DNA of 64,000 nucleotides from a virus: IMG/VR virus record IMGVR_UViG_3300027741_000053, positions 7,669 to 71,668 of that record; one strand, 5' to 3'. Shown piece by piece: positions 36,416 to 44,674 of this stretch (position 1 is its first letter; each line of letters starts with the position of its first letter). The notes under the pieces were generated by a model. It saw only the letters and a program-made list of their open reading frames with translations, ran no database searches and was not told where the DNA came from. The position numbers and the translations under genes were made by a program.

Positions 36416-36693
36416 TGAATTTGCTCCCGTGCTTCCTCGATTGATTTGGGTTCTTTTGTTTTGTTTGCAATTAAAAATTCGTAAAATGCGCCAACGGTTT
36501 CTGGATGAAAGCCTTCTTCTTTTTCTTCTCCAATTCCATAAAGTTCAAATAAATACATTCCAATAACAAGACCATCTAAGCTATCTATTCCTAAATCTTC
36601 AAATCTGTCATCTAAAGATTCTGCTTGTTTTAAGTCTAAATGCACTGGCTTTGCTATTCTTGCCACAACATTAAACAGTTCCACAAAATTCAT
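36412..36693 (-). CDS. Acyl carrier protein
   Basis: 93 aa, acidic; DLGIDS38LD phosphopantetheine motif; ETVG helix-IV start; coupled to the ketosynthase. Confidence 0.85.
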   Translation of the reverse strand: MNFVELFNVVARIAKPVHLDLKQAESLDDRFEDLGIDSLDGLVIGMYLFELYGIGEEKEEGFHPETVGAFYEFLIANKTKEPKSIEEAREQIQ

Positions 36694-36705
36694 GTCTTTT
36701 CTCGG

Positions 36706-38094
36706 TTATTGTGTTAAATCATAAAAAGAAATTGCCCCAATACCGCCGCCTGTAGTTGCACCACCTGTTGTCACAGTTCTTGCTACCAAAGTTAAAGTGT
36801 CGCTAACACCGGCAATAGATGCACCTAATTGCATGTCCCAGTTGTACCCTGCGCCAACCGATAAAATACTTCGCCCCGTTTTGCCAGTTGCAAACTCAGC
36901 ATAAACTAAAGTTCCGCCGGTATACGAAGTAGAGCTGATATCCTGTTCAACATTTGAATCTGATGTTACCGCAGACCATGATGGGGAAGAAAGAGTTGCG
37001 TTTTTTACAAGTGCAATTTGAAAATTGTCTGCGGTGGACGGTAAAAAATTAAGTGTAGTTGGCAATACCACTGCCCCAGTTCTTCCAGAAGCTAGTCGTA
37101 TAGAGATTAATGGTTTATAGGAAGTTGTTAAATAAGAAGAAGCAGTAAGATTTGTCATGGAAGCGGAATGCTCAACCGAAGTTGCCTCAAACCCGCCCTC
37201 AGAAACAACAGAAGAACAAATCTGAGTCAAAGTCGCAGCAACAGCAGACGTTGAAATAATTTCATACCGAACCGGCAAGATAGCCGTTGTCATGTATACG
37301 GTAGTGCCGTATACGTTTGCGGTGTTAAAAGTGTGGCAGACAATATACTCCCCGTTAATAATAAACCCACACCTCACCGACCCAACGCCTAACCACTCAA
37401 AGTCCATCCACAGAATCTGCGGGTGAGTAAGGTCTAAGGTTATCCCTGATGCGCCGGTTCCATCAAGTTTATCGCCGTTCCAATTTGTTTGAGTTACGGA
37501 CCTTGAGTCGTTTGCTGATCCACCCGTATAAGATCGCAAAGTGAAAGCATTGGTGCTGCCAACTTTGGAAAAAAATACTCCGTTCTGAGCGTTGAAGTAG
37601 CCGACTTTTTGGCTTAAGTTAGCGCTGGTGCTAGAGTCCATTTGAAACGTGGCAAGCACCAACAGACCCTTACCGGGCTGGTAAGGAAAACTTCTGTAAG
37701 ACTGACGGACCACTGAGCCTACGCCGCCAGCAGTCACACTCATACTTACGCTGGCTTGGTTGCTGTTGTATGTGGTTGAGCCTGTCCCGGTTGTTGATGT
37801 GTCAAACTGGTTGTCCGCAGCGTAGCGGCTCTGGCTATCAAACAGAGTGTACGGCTGACTGACCCGCTGCCGTCCAAATGCGTCTAATGCAGTAGGAGGA
37901 AACGTAATTGGTGTTGAGCCTGACGCCGCAGTAGCCATAAGTTGATTTAGATACTTATCAAGTCGATTGAAGTACAAACGCAAAACATTGCTAAACTGAT
38001 CTTGATACTGTCTGCTCCAGCGAGTTGGAGCCAAAGGGAGATTGGGCGCAGCAACTTTTTGCAGTTCATAGTTAGTTGTAACTATATAACTCAT
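36706..38094 (-). CDS. Tail-associated structural protein with beta-rich C-terminal domain
   Basis: N-terminal APNLPLAP...NVLRLYFN; C-terminal domain paralogous to 52213..55086. Confidence 0.6.
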   Translation of the reverse strand: MSYIVTTNYELQKVAAPNLPLAPTRWSRQYQDQFSNVLRLYFNRLDKYLNQLMATAASGSTPITFPPTALDAFGRQRVSQPYTLFDSQSRYAADNQFDTSTTGTGSTTYNSNQASVSMSVTAGGVGSVVRQSYRSFPYQPGKGLLVLATFQMDSSTSANLSQKVGYFNAQNGVFFSKVGSTNAFTLRSYTGGSANDSRSVTQTNWNGDKLDGTGASGITLDLTHPQILWMDFEWLGVGSVRCGFIINGEYIVCHTFNTANVYGTTVYMTTAILPVRYEIISTSAVAATLTQICSSVVSEGGFEATSVEHSASMTNLTASSYLTTSYKPLISIRLASGRTGAVVLPTTLNFLPSTADNFQIALVKNATLSSPSWSAVTSDSNVEQDISSTSYTGGTLVYAEFATGKTGRSILSVGAGYNWDMQLGASIAGVSDTLTLVARTVTTGGATTGGGIGAISFYDLTQ

Positions 38095-40169
38095 CGCCTT
38101 CCGTCCGGACGAATGTCAAATCGTGGCGCCCCTAGCTGCCATGCGGTGTTGACCTGATTGGACTCAACCTTAAAGATCATCTGGCGGCCCCGGACTCGAG
38201 TGTAAATAATACCAGTAAATTCTTCAGTAACGTTATACTCAGCTATCTTTGTTACGTTAGCGCTTGCCGGAGTTGAAACGCCAGACCCTGAGTTTTGCAT
38301 TGGGTAAAGCGTCATTGTTAATTTTGGCTGATCTCCTTCCAGCGAAACTGTTGACTGATTAAAAGTTAAGTCTGGCAGTACGCGCCAAATATATCCATAT
38401 CGATCACCGTCTTGTATGTCAAACTCACAAGACGATATGTACGCATTAATAGGAAGCGGGGTGCCGGTTTCGTTATCATTAATCCCGGATTCATGATTAA
38501 CAATGTTATATGAATAAGTTGCCGCTTGCGGAGTTGACCTTAATCCTGAATCTAGCCAAGCAGTTCTGGCCATAGCTCCGTAATACCAAACTTGCTCTAA
38601 GTAGTTGTACACAACATATTTGTCAATTGTTGTGCTGTCTTGTGAACAATAAAACCACCAAACTTCATTGAATCCTTCGTTTGTACCTGCAAATATTTGT
38701 TGTGTTTGCTCAAGATTAATGTCAGAAAAAACAAATTTACGGAGGTCGCAATTTAAAGTTTGAACCCGACCATCATATATGTAAAACTTGTCTACACCCA
38801 TCCAGTAGACAACGCCAGAAGCAATAACTGCTGCGTTCTGGCTCATAATTGAAATGTTATCGCCCAAAAGCTGAGAGCCCCAAACCACCGGAGTTCCAAG
38901 ATACTGCATTGAATAAACAGTCGAATCAGTGAAAACAACTATTTCTTGACGGGTTTGAACAGCCGTAACAATGTTAGATCCGTGCGATAATTGAATACTA
39001 CCTGCTTGGTTTGTGGCGTCTGGCGTCCACTCAAGGATGTTATCTTGGTCTGACCATCTGACCAACATAGGGTTCATAGTTGCAGAGCCATAGTCATTGC
39101 AGCCAAAAGCAAACAAAAATCTGCTTGTGTCAGATACAAACAAATAATTCTGCACCACAGGGCAATCAACTAGATTTGATATATACACTCCTGTGCCTGC
39201 TGTAGAAACCGCAACTTGAGCGCCATTTGTATCAAGCAAATTTGCAGTTAATCCATTAACATTAAACAAATAATATGTTGTTCCGGCTGTAATTCCAGTC
39301 GGCAAAGATGTTGCTCCAAATTGAACTGCCGTCCCATCTGTAAGCGATGCTGTTAATGTTACAAGAGCAGGGGCCGTAACTGGAGAGCCAACCGTAAATG
39401 TTACGTTTCCGCCTTGTTGATATAACAGTACGCCTCTGGATGTAAGACCAGAATTGGCTTGCCAATAATAAATAGAACTTCCTTTAGGACCAAAAACAAG
39501 GTCTTGGCCATAATTATTTTGACTCCAAATTCTCATTATTGAGTCATTTGAACTGGTTGTTTGCCCCCAATTCCCAGCGCCCCAAGTTAAAGAGCCCCAT
39601 CCATATTGAGTTTGTTGAATGTCCGATCCAATATTAATTTGATACGCTGCAACAACTGCAGCTCCACCAGTCGATCCAGCAGGTATAATAGATCCAACAG
39701 TAATTGTGTAGCTATTAGCATCTACATAAGAAATTGCAAATTCATTGTTTAAGTCATTTGCATATGTTCCTGTAGCCCCGCTAAATGTTACATATGAACC
39801 GTCAGTTGCTCCGTGCGAAGCTGCAGTAACTGTAACAGTAGTTGTTCCGTTACCTAAAAATGGACTTGCGCCAAGCGTTACTGTTGACCTAATTGGCGTT
39901 ATATCATAATAACTGCCAGACGATTCAATATAAAATTTTTTGCTTGTTCCAAGCCCAAGCAAATTTAATCCAGCTAATGTAGACCAATTCCACATTGATC
40001 TGCATATTCCAATAAAATTATAAAAAGAAATTCGCTCCCATCCTCCAATAGATTCTGGAGTTCCTTGTCGAAATCTAACTTTGTCGCACTCAAACCACCC
40101 GCCTTCGTTTGTATAACGAGTGTTTTCCCTATTGACTCCCGGCTTAAAAATAATTTTGGATAACGGCAT
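38091..40169 (-). CDS. Tail stabilisation/nozzle protein (P22 gp10/T7 gp12-like)
   Basis: 692 aa, beta-propeller-like, VRWSDQ motif; position. Confidence 0.65.
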   Translation of the reverse strand: MPLSKIIFKPGVNRENTRYTNEGGWFECDKVRFRQGTPESIGGWERISFYNFIGICRSMWNWSTLAGLNLLGLGTSKKFYIESSGSYYDITPIRSTVTLGASPFLGNGTTTVTVTAASHGATDGSYVTFSGATGTYANDLNNEFAISYVDANSYTITVGSIIPAGSTGGAAVVAAYQINIGSDIQQTQYGWGSLTWGAGNWGQTTSSNDSIMRIWSQNNYGQDLVFGPKGSSIYYWQANSGLTSRGVLLYQQGGNVTFTVGSPVTAPALVTLTASLTDGTAVQFGATSLPTGITAGTTYYLFNVNGLTANLLDTNGAQVAVSTAGTGVYISNLVDCPVVQNYLFVSDTSRFLFAFGCNDYGSATMNPMLVRWSDQDNILEWTPDATNQAGSIQLSHGSNIVTAVQTRQEIVVFTDSTVYSMQYLGTPVVWGSQLLGDNISIMSQNAAVIASGVVYWMGVDKFYIYDGRVQTLNCDLRKFVFSDINLEQTQQIFAGTNEGFNEVWWFYCSQDSTTIDKYVVYNYLEQVWYYGAMARTAWLDSGLRSTPQAATYSYNIVNHESGINDNETGTPLPINAYISSCEFDIQDGDRYGYIWRVLPDLTFNQSTVSLEGDQPKLTMTLYPMQNSGSGVSTPASANVTKIAEYNVTEEFTGIIYTRVRGRQMIFKVESNQVNTAWQLGAPRFDIRPDGRR

Positions 40170-40607
40170 TTATTTACTCGCTACGCCCTTATGCTTCTCG
40201 AATGACCGCATTCCACCAAACCCAAGCAACCCGGCGAGTAGCGTCATTAACTGCTCAACTTGCAGGTCAGGAGGCGGGTTTAAACCTTTTGGAATGATAT
40301 CGTAACCTTGTCCAAAAGCCCACAACCACTGCATCAAAGGGTAGCCAAGGAACTGGTAAGCCAAGCCAAGAACCCCAACCCAACCCACAGCAGGACGCCA
40401 ACCGCTGACAAATACGCTAGATGAACCGGCCTCAATCTTATTAATTTCGACCTGTGCCAAATCAGTGGCTTGGTCAATTTTCTTTTCCTCCAAGTCGAGT
40501 TTTCGGTCCTCCAGTGCCATCTGGAGCCTCTCCTTATCTGTCGTAATAAGATCGCCCGCAACTTTGCCAACTCCTTCAATGATTGACCCAATACCAATCA
40601 GATCCAT
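40170..40607 (-). CDS. Holin (3TM GTA-type family)
   Basis: WRPAVGWV...LLGFGGMRSFEK; next to the endolysin. Confidence 0.8.
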   Translation of the reverse strand: MDLIGIGSIIEGVGKVAGDLITTDKERLQMALEDRKLDLEEKKIDQATDLAQVEINKIEAGSSSVFVSGWRPAVGWVGVLGLAYQFLGYPLMQWLWAFGQGYDIIPKGLNPPPDLQVEQLMTLLAGLLGFGGMRSFEKHKGVASK

Positions 40608-41125
40608 TACTTCAGCCCTTTCAGAGTGCGGTTAATCCAACCAAGGAGAAACTTGGATTGGGTTTTGTTTTTATTGCAGATGTCTGCGTAGCGGGTAATC
40701 TTTGCCAGCGCGTAAGCTTTTCTAAACGCTTCGCCGTCAATAGTGTTGAACTTTTGCAATGTCACATCACCAACCGCGCCATCCGGGGTAGCGCCTACAA
40801 TCAATTGCGCCAACTTGACCGCTACTTTAATGCCGGTGTTTACGCCAAAGTTGAAGATGTTTTCTGCAACAACTTGGTTCGCAATCTCATCCCCTCGTAC
40901 ACGATCCCAAAACTCAACCTTATAAAAGTTGCGAACCATCCCAGTAAGAAGCGGATTATCGATAGCACCGTGGTCAATGAGGTTCCAACCGGGCCATTGA
41001 GGATTTGGGTTGCGTGCAATTCCTGCATAAGTCATTCCCCCGGTATCACCCGGAACAGTGTGTAAAACGTAACCGCCTTCATCGACGATCATCTTGTCAA
41101 ACGCGGGGTTAAAATCAGCCATCAC
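40607..41125 (-). CDS. Endolysin, glycoside hydrolase family 108
   Basis: EGGY...DTGGMTYAGI, FNFGVNTG, C-terminal FLLGWINR peptidoglycan-binding motif. Confidence 0.9.
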   Translation of the reverse strand: MMADFNPAFDKMIVDEGGYVLHTVPGDTGGMTYAGIARNPNPQWPGWNLIDHGAIDNPLLTGMVRNFYKVEFWDRVRGDEIANQVVAENIFNFGVNTGIKVAVKLAQLIVGATPDGAVGDVTLQKFNTIDGEAFRKAYALAKITRYADICNKNKTQSKFLLGWINRTLKGLK

Positions 41126-41427
41126 TTCACCTTCTGCTCAAGAATGACAATCCGCTCTCGGTTCAGGTGGATAAGCTCACGGTTCTCACCAATCTGCTTT
41201 TCTAGATCTTGGCGCAACTTTTCCCGCGCCAGTTCTGCGCCGCTGTTGGCGGCTTGTTTGTTGTCGCTGGTGACCACAAGGCTGATCTTGGCGTTGAGAA
41301 CCGTCACATCATGCGTGATCTTGTCCAACGCGCTCATCAGATAGACAACGCAAGTGAAAAGAATCGGTAAGACGGCAAACGCGGTCTTCTCAATCAACTG
41401 ACTTTTGGCTTCTAACTTTTCAGTCAT
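41122..41427 (-). CDS. Membrane-anchored coiled-coil lysis-cassette protein
   Basis: One TM segment plus coiled coil, upstream of the endolysin. Confidence 0.55.
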   Translation of the reverse strand: MTEKLEAKSQLIEKTAFAVLPILFTCVVYLMSALDKITHDVTVLNAKISLVVTSDNKQAANSGAELAREKLRQDLEKQIGENRELIHLNRERIVILEQKVK

Positions 41428-42380
41428 AGTTTGCTCACATCAATGAGTTGACCACGGAAGTCAATGATACCTTCAGCGTGTTTGCTGACCAACTCAGGCC
41501 AAAGAAGCTTTGAATCTTTAAACGTTAATACAGCAAACCCAGAGCGCCAATTGACAGGATTGTCTTCTAGATAATCCAAGAACTGCGGACCATCCGTTTC
41601 TGCCAAAGTTCCAGTGTCCACTCCCCACCTAGTACCATTATAATCTGAAAATGGCGTTACGCGAAGAGAGTGTAAATGACCCGTCACAATAGAGTTGCCA
41701 GACGCAGTAGTATTTTGATGAGTTGCGTGAACTCCAGACTTGTACCTATGCTTAACCACAACATCTTCTGTCAACCAACAGCTCCAGCATGGAATCCATT
41801 TGGGAAAATGGTCTTTAAGAGCCGTTCCGTTGACCCCTTCAAACTGAGGGATCGCTTGAGCCAGTTTAGTTTCAAACCGGCTATCATGATTTCCTAGCGG
41901 CCAGACCAACTGTGTGTGGTGCCTTGCTTTCTCACATGCATCTTCAATTTCTTTGAGTGCTTCTTGGCAAGCTTCTAATTCTTGCTTAACCGATGGCTGA
42001 TGCCCCCAGCCAATTCTTGGGAATCTGCTGATCGCGCTTCCATCAAACGCATCACCATTGTTAACAACAACGTAAGGTTTAAGCTCCTTGATCGCCCACA
42101 ACAAACCTTTGAAAGCCGTTGTTCTGATTCCGGGCCAAAAATGAGCGTCTGAAAAAACCAACACCACACCATCTGTCATGCCAGCTTGATGTCTGGCTTT
42201 TTGAATGTGGTGCTTGATGGGCTCTTTAATATCGAGGGTTATGCTAAACTTTCCCTCTAGAGACCGGCGTCGTTTACGAATATTTCGCTCTGTAATGCCG
42301 GTTGCTTTGGCTATTTCTTTGCAAGATTTAAGAGTTTCCCAGAGACGGATGAACTCTTCATCAGAGACGACCGATACCAT
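41424..42380 (-). CDS. HTH plus calcineurin-like metallophosphoesterase
   Basis: SDAH, NGDAFD, GNHD, KH and GHLH motifs; N-terminal HTH. Confidence 0.85.
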   Translation of the reverse strand: MVSVVSDEEFIRLWETLKSCKEIAKATGITERNIRKRRRSLEGKFSITLDIKEPIKHHIQKARHQAGMTDGVVLVFSDAHFWPGIRTTAFKGLLWAIKELKPYVVVNNGDAFDGSAISRFPRIGWGHQPSVKQELEACQEALKEIEDACEKARHHTQLVWPLGNHDSRFETKLAQAIPQFEGVNGTALKDHFPKWIPCWSCWLTEDVVVKHRYKSGVHATHQNTTASGNSIVTGHLHSLRVTPFSDYNGTRWGVDTGTLAETDGPQFLDYLEDNPVNWRSGFAVLTFKDSKLLWPELVSKHAEGIIDFRGQLIDVSKL

Positions 42381-42427
42381 GATTTAGTTCCTTATTTTGG
42401 AACCCAACCTCATATCATAGTATTGTG

Positions 42428-42460
42428 AAAAAACAATAACACCCCCGTTTCCGGGGGCGC
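42428..42460 (-). terminator. Rho-independent terminator
   Basis: GCGCCCCCG-GAAA-CGGGGGTGT then TATTGTTTTTT. Confidence 0.6.
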
Positions 42461-42465
42461 TGACA

Positions 42466-42690
42466 TCAATCGTCAGTTTGTTCGTCCACTTCTACGGCTT
42501 CTTCTTCAACTTCTTCATCTTCTTGAGAGTCCATCTCAAACATGATTTCGATGTTAGAAGAGAACAGGCTGCTGAGGTTGAATTCACTAATGCCGTTTTC
42601 TGCTGCAATTGCGTAGATAACCGAGAACAAAGTGTTTAGCGCCTCAAGAGGCTCAACACCTTCAAACATTTCAATAATGTCGTCTTTCAT
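42466..42690 (-). CDS. Small acidic protein
   Basis: GGAG RBS; very acidic C-terminus. Confidence 0.6.
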   Translation of the reverse strand: MKDDIIEMFEGVEPLEALNTLFSVIYAIAAENGISEFNLSSLFSSNIEIMFEMDSQEDEEVEEEAVEVDEQTDD

Positions 42691-42756
42691 AACTATCTCC
42701 GGAGTTAGGCGGGCGGATGCCCATACTAAGTTTACTAAAAAACTAAGACAGTTAGA

Positions 42757-42930
42757 TTACTTCATTCCCTTAAGCGTTTCGGCCAACCGAGCACGCTTGC
42801 CCAAAGTTCCGGGTTTTTTTGCCGCAGCGGCTAACTTCTTCTCAGGGATGGGCTTACCCGGCTTGGCACCAAGTTCAGCACGCAGCGCACCCGGCTTCTT
42901 GATCGCATTTTGAATCCATTTCTCAGCCAT
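42757..42930 (-). CDS. Small basic conserved phage protein (57 aa, not in ORF track)
   Basis: MAEKWIQNAIKKPGALRAELG...GKRARLAETLKGMK. Confidence 0.75.
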   Translation of the reverse strand: MAEKWIQNAIKKPGALRAELGAKPGKPIPEKKLAAAAKKPGTLGKRARLAETLKGMK

Positions 42931-42931
42931 T

Positions 42932-44665
42932 TTAATTTCCTTTTAAAGATAACAGCTCGGCTTTTACCAAATCAAGCTCCGATTTAAGTTCTTTAATTGC
43001 GTTACACAAAACCGCAATCATCGAGCTTTCGTTGTATTTTAAATGATCCGGGTCTGTATTATCAATGATTACTGGATTTGCGCCTTCTAGTGCCAAGATA
43101 TCTTGGGCTTTAAACCCGTACCTTACTGGCCCGGTTGCAGTTTCGTCTTTCCTAGAGGTTTTAAATTGATACGAAATTGGAGTTAAAGAAGCTATAAAAC
43201 TTAAACCATGAGGAACCGCAGCTATTGAAGTTTTATCACGGGCATCAGAAACAACCGTCCATGCAACTTTAATATAAGCGTTTGTAGAGGAGTCGTTTCC
43301 AATTACTATTCTATTGCTTTGATTTGTAATATTTATTACGGTATCAGTTCCCGCCAAATTTCCAATTGCAACGTTGTTTCCGCCTGTTGTTAAGTTATAA
43401 AGAGATTGATATCCCAATCCAACGTTGCTTGAGCCGGTTGTTAAGCTATAAATAGATTGATGCCCCAATCCAACGTTGTTTGAGCTGGTTGTTAAACTAT
43501 AAAGAGATTGATAGCCTAATGCGGTATTACTCGAACCAGTAGTGCTTGATAAAAGAGATCCGCTGCCGATTGCTGTATTATTGCATGCTTGTGCGCCAGA
43601 TGAGTTATATGCGCTATATAAAGCATTATAACCAACTGCAACATTATCATACACAGCCCCAGAAGCATTGTATAAAGTCTGGTTCCCAACAGCGACGTTA
43701 GAAGCCCCCGCATCCATATTTTGTGCGGCAGATTTTCCAACTGCAACATTTGAATCACCGCTTGTAAAATACTCTAACGCTCCGGAGCCGACCGCTACTG
43801 AATTTAATCCAGTGGTTACGTTTTGAAGAGTGTCTGCCCCAATCCCAAGATTTGAATAACTTGTTGTGCTTGCGTTTGCTCCGGGTCCAATAAAAATTGA
43901 GTTCAGATATATTTGGTTTCCGTCATATGTAAAAGCACCATCTCCACCCAAAGTTCCAGCAGCATTATATACAATGCTTGTGTCTGGGCCGTCTGGGCTT
44001 ACAACTTCCCAAACTCCATCTCCACGCCAAAATGTATTAGTTCCTGCATTAGTACCACTATTTAAATTTGCAACTGGCAAATTATTAATTGCTTGATTAA
44101 CAGGTACGCTAGTACACCCAGAAAGGTTTGTAGATAATGATGTTCCGTTAAAAGTAATATTAGCACTACTGGTTAAAGCTCCTCCAGATGTTGTATATAT
44201 TACTCTGTCGGTTGGAATTGAACTTATCGTAACAGATGAAAACAGCCCGCTTCCATTGTAATTTGCAATTTTTGTAAAATCAATTCCGGTAAATGCAGCA
44301 ACGCATTTTTCTCCAGCGGAAATGACTATTCCTGTTTGACCAAGAGCTTTTAAAGTAAATGAGTAGCTTCCAAGATTGTTGACTACATATATTTTACTTG
44401 TCGCTGGAACCGTTAAGGTTCTTCCAATCGCATCTGGAGTTACATTTAATATTGCGTATTGAGATGATGAGCTTCCTAAGCTTGCTGGAGCAACGGTTTT
44501 TGTTAATGATATATTAGATGTCAACGCAATTGTGTTTGTGCCTGCAATTGCTCCATCCAAATAGCTTGTAATAAAACTATTTACAGTCGTGCCCCAAGTG
44601 CCGCTTAGATCTCCGGTTGTTGGAAGAGCCAATCCTAAAATTGGAGTAAAAGAAGTAACGGCCAT
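42932..44665 (-). CDS. Tail fibre/spike with beta-roll repeats and C-terminal S74 intramolecular chaperone
   Basis: 14-aa NVAVGxxAL repeats; SDARDK...YGFKAQD; terminal coiled coil. Confidence 0.85.
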   Translation of the reverse strand: MAVTSFTPILGLALPTTGDLSGTWGTTVNSFITSYLDGAIAGTNTIALTSNISLTKTVAPASLGSSSSQYAILNVTPDAIGRTLTVPATSKIYVVNNLGSYSFTLKALGQTGIVISAGEKCVAAFTGIDFTKIANYNGSGLFSSVTISSIPTDRVIYTTSGGALTSSANITFNGTSLSTNLSGCTSVPVNQAINNLPVANLNSGTNAGTNTFWRGDGVWEVVSPDGPDTSIVYNAAGTLGGDGAFTYDGNQIYLNSIFIGPGANASTTSYSNLGIGADTLQNVTTGLNSVAVGSGALEYFTSGDSNVAVGKSAAQNMDAGASNVAVGNQTLYNASGAVYDNVAVGYNALYSAYNSSGAQACNNTAIGSGSLLSSTTGSSNTALGYQSLYSLTTSSNNVGLGHQSIYSLTTGSSNVGLGYQSLYNLTTGGNNVAIGNLAGTDTVINITNQSNRIVIGNDSSTNAYIKVAWTVVSDARDKTSIAAVPHGLSFIASLTPISYQFKTSRKDETATGPVRYGFKAQDILALEGANPVIIDNTDPDHLKYNESSMIAVLCNAIKELKSELDLVKAELLSLKGN

Positions 44666-44674
44666 GACAGTCCT

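Noticed and set aside
34863-36693. Bacterial contamination or a complete fatty-acid/PKS cluster
   Set aside because: The genes are overlap-coupled within the phage operon, and no other fab/PKS genes or junction features were seen.
43370-43560. 42-bp DNA repeats in the tail fibre
   Set aside because: They encode ordinary 14-aa beta-roll repeats.
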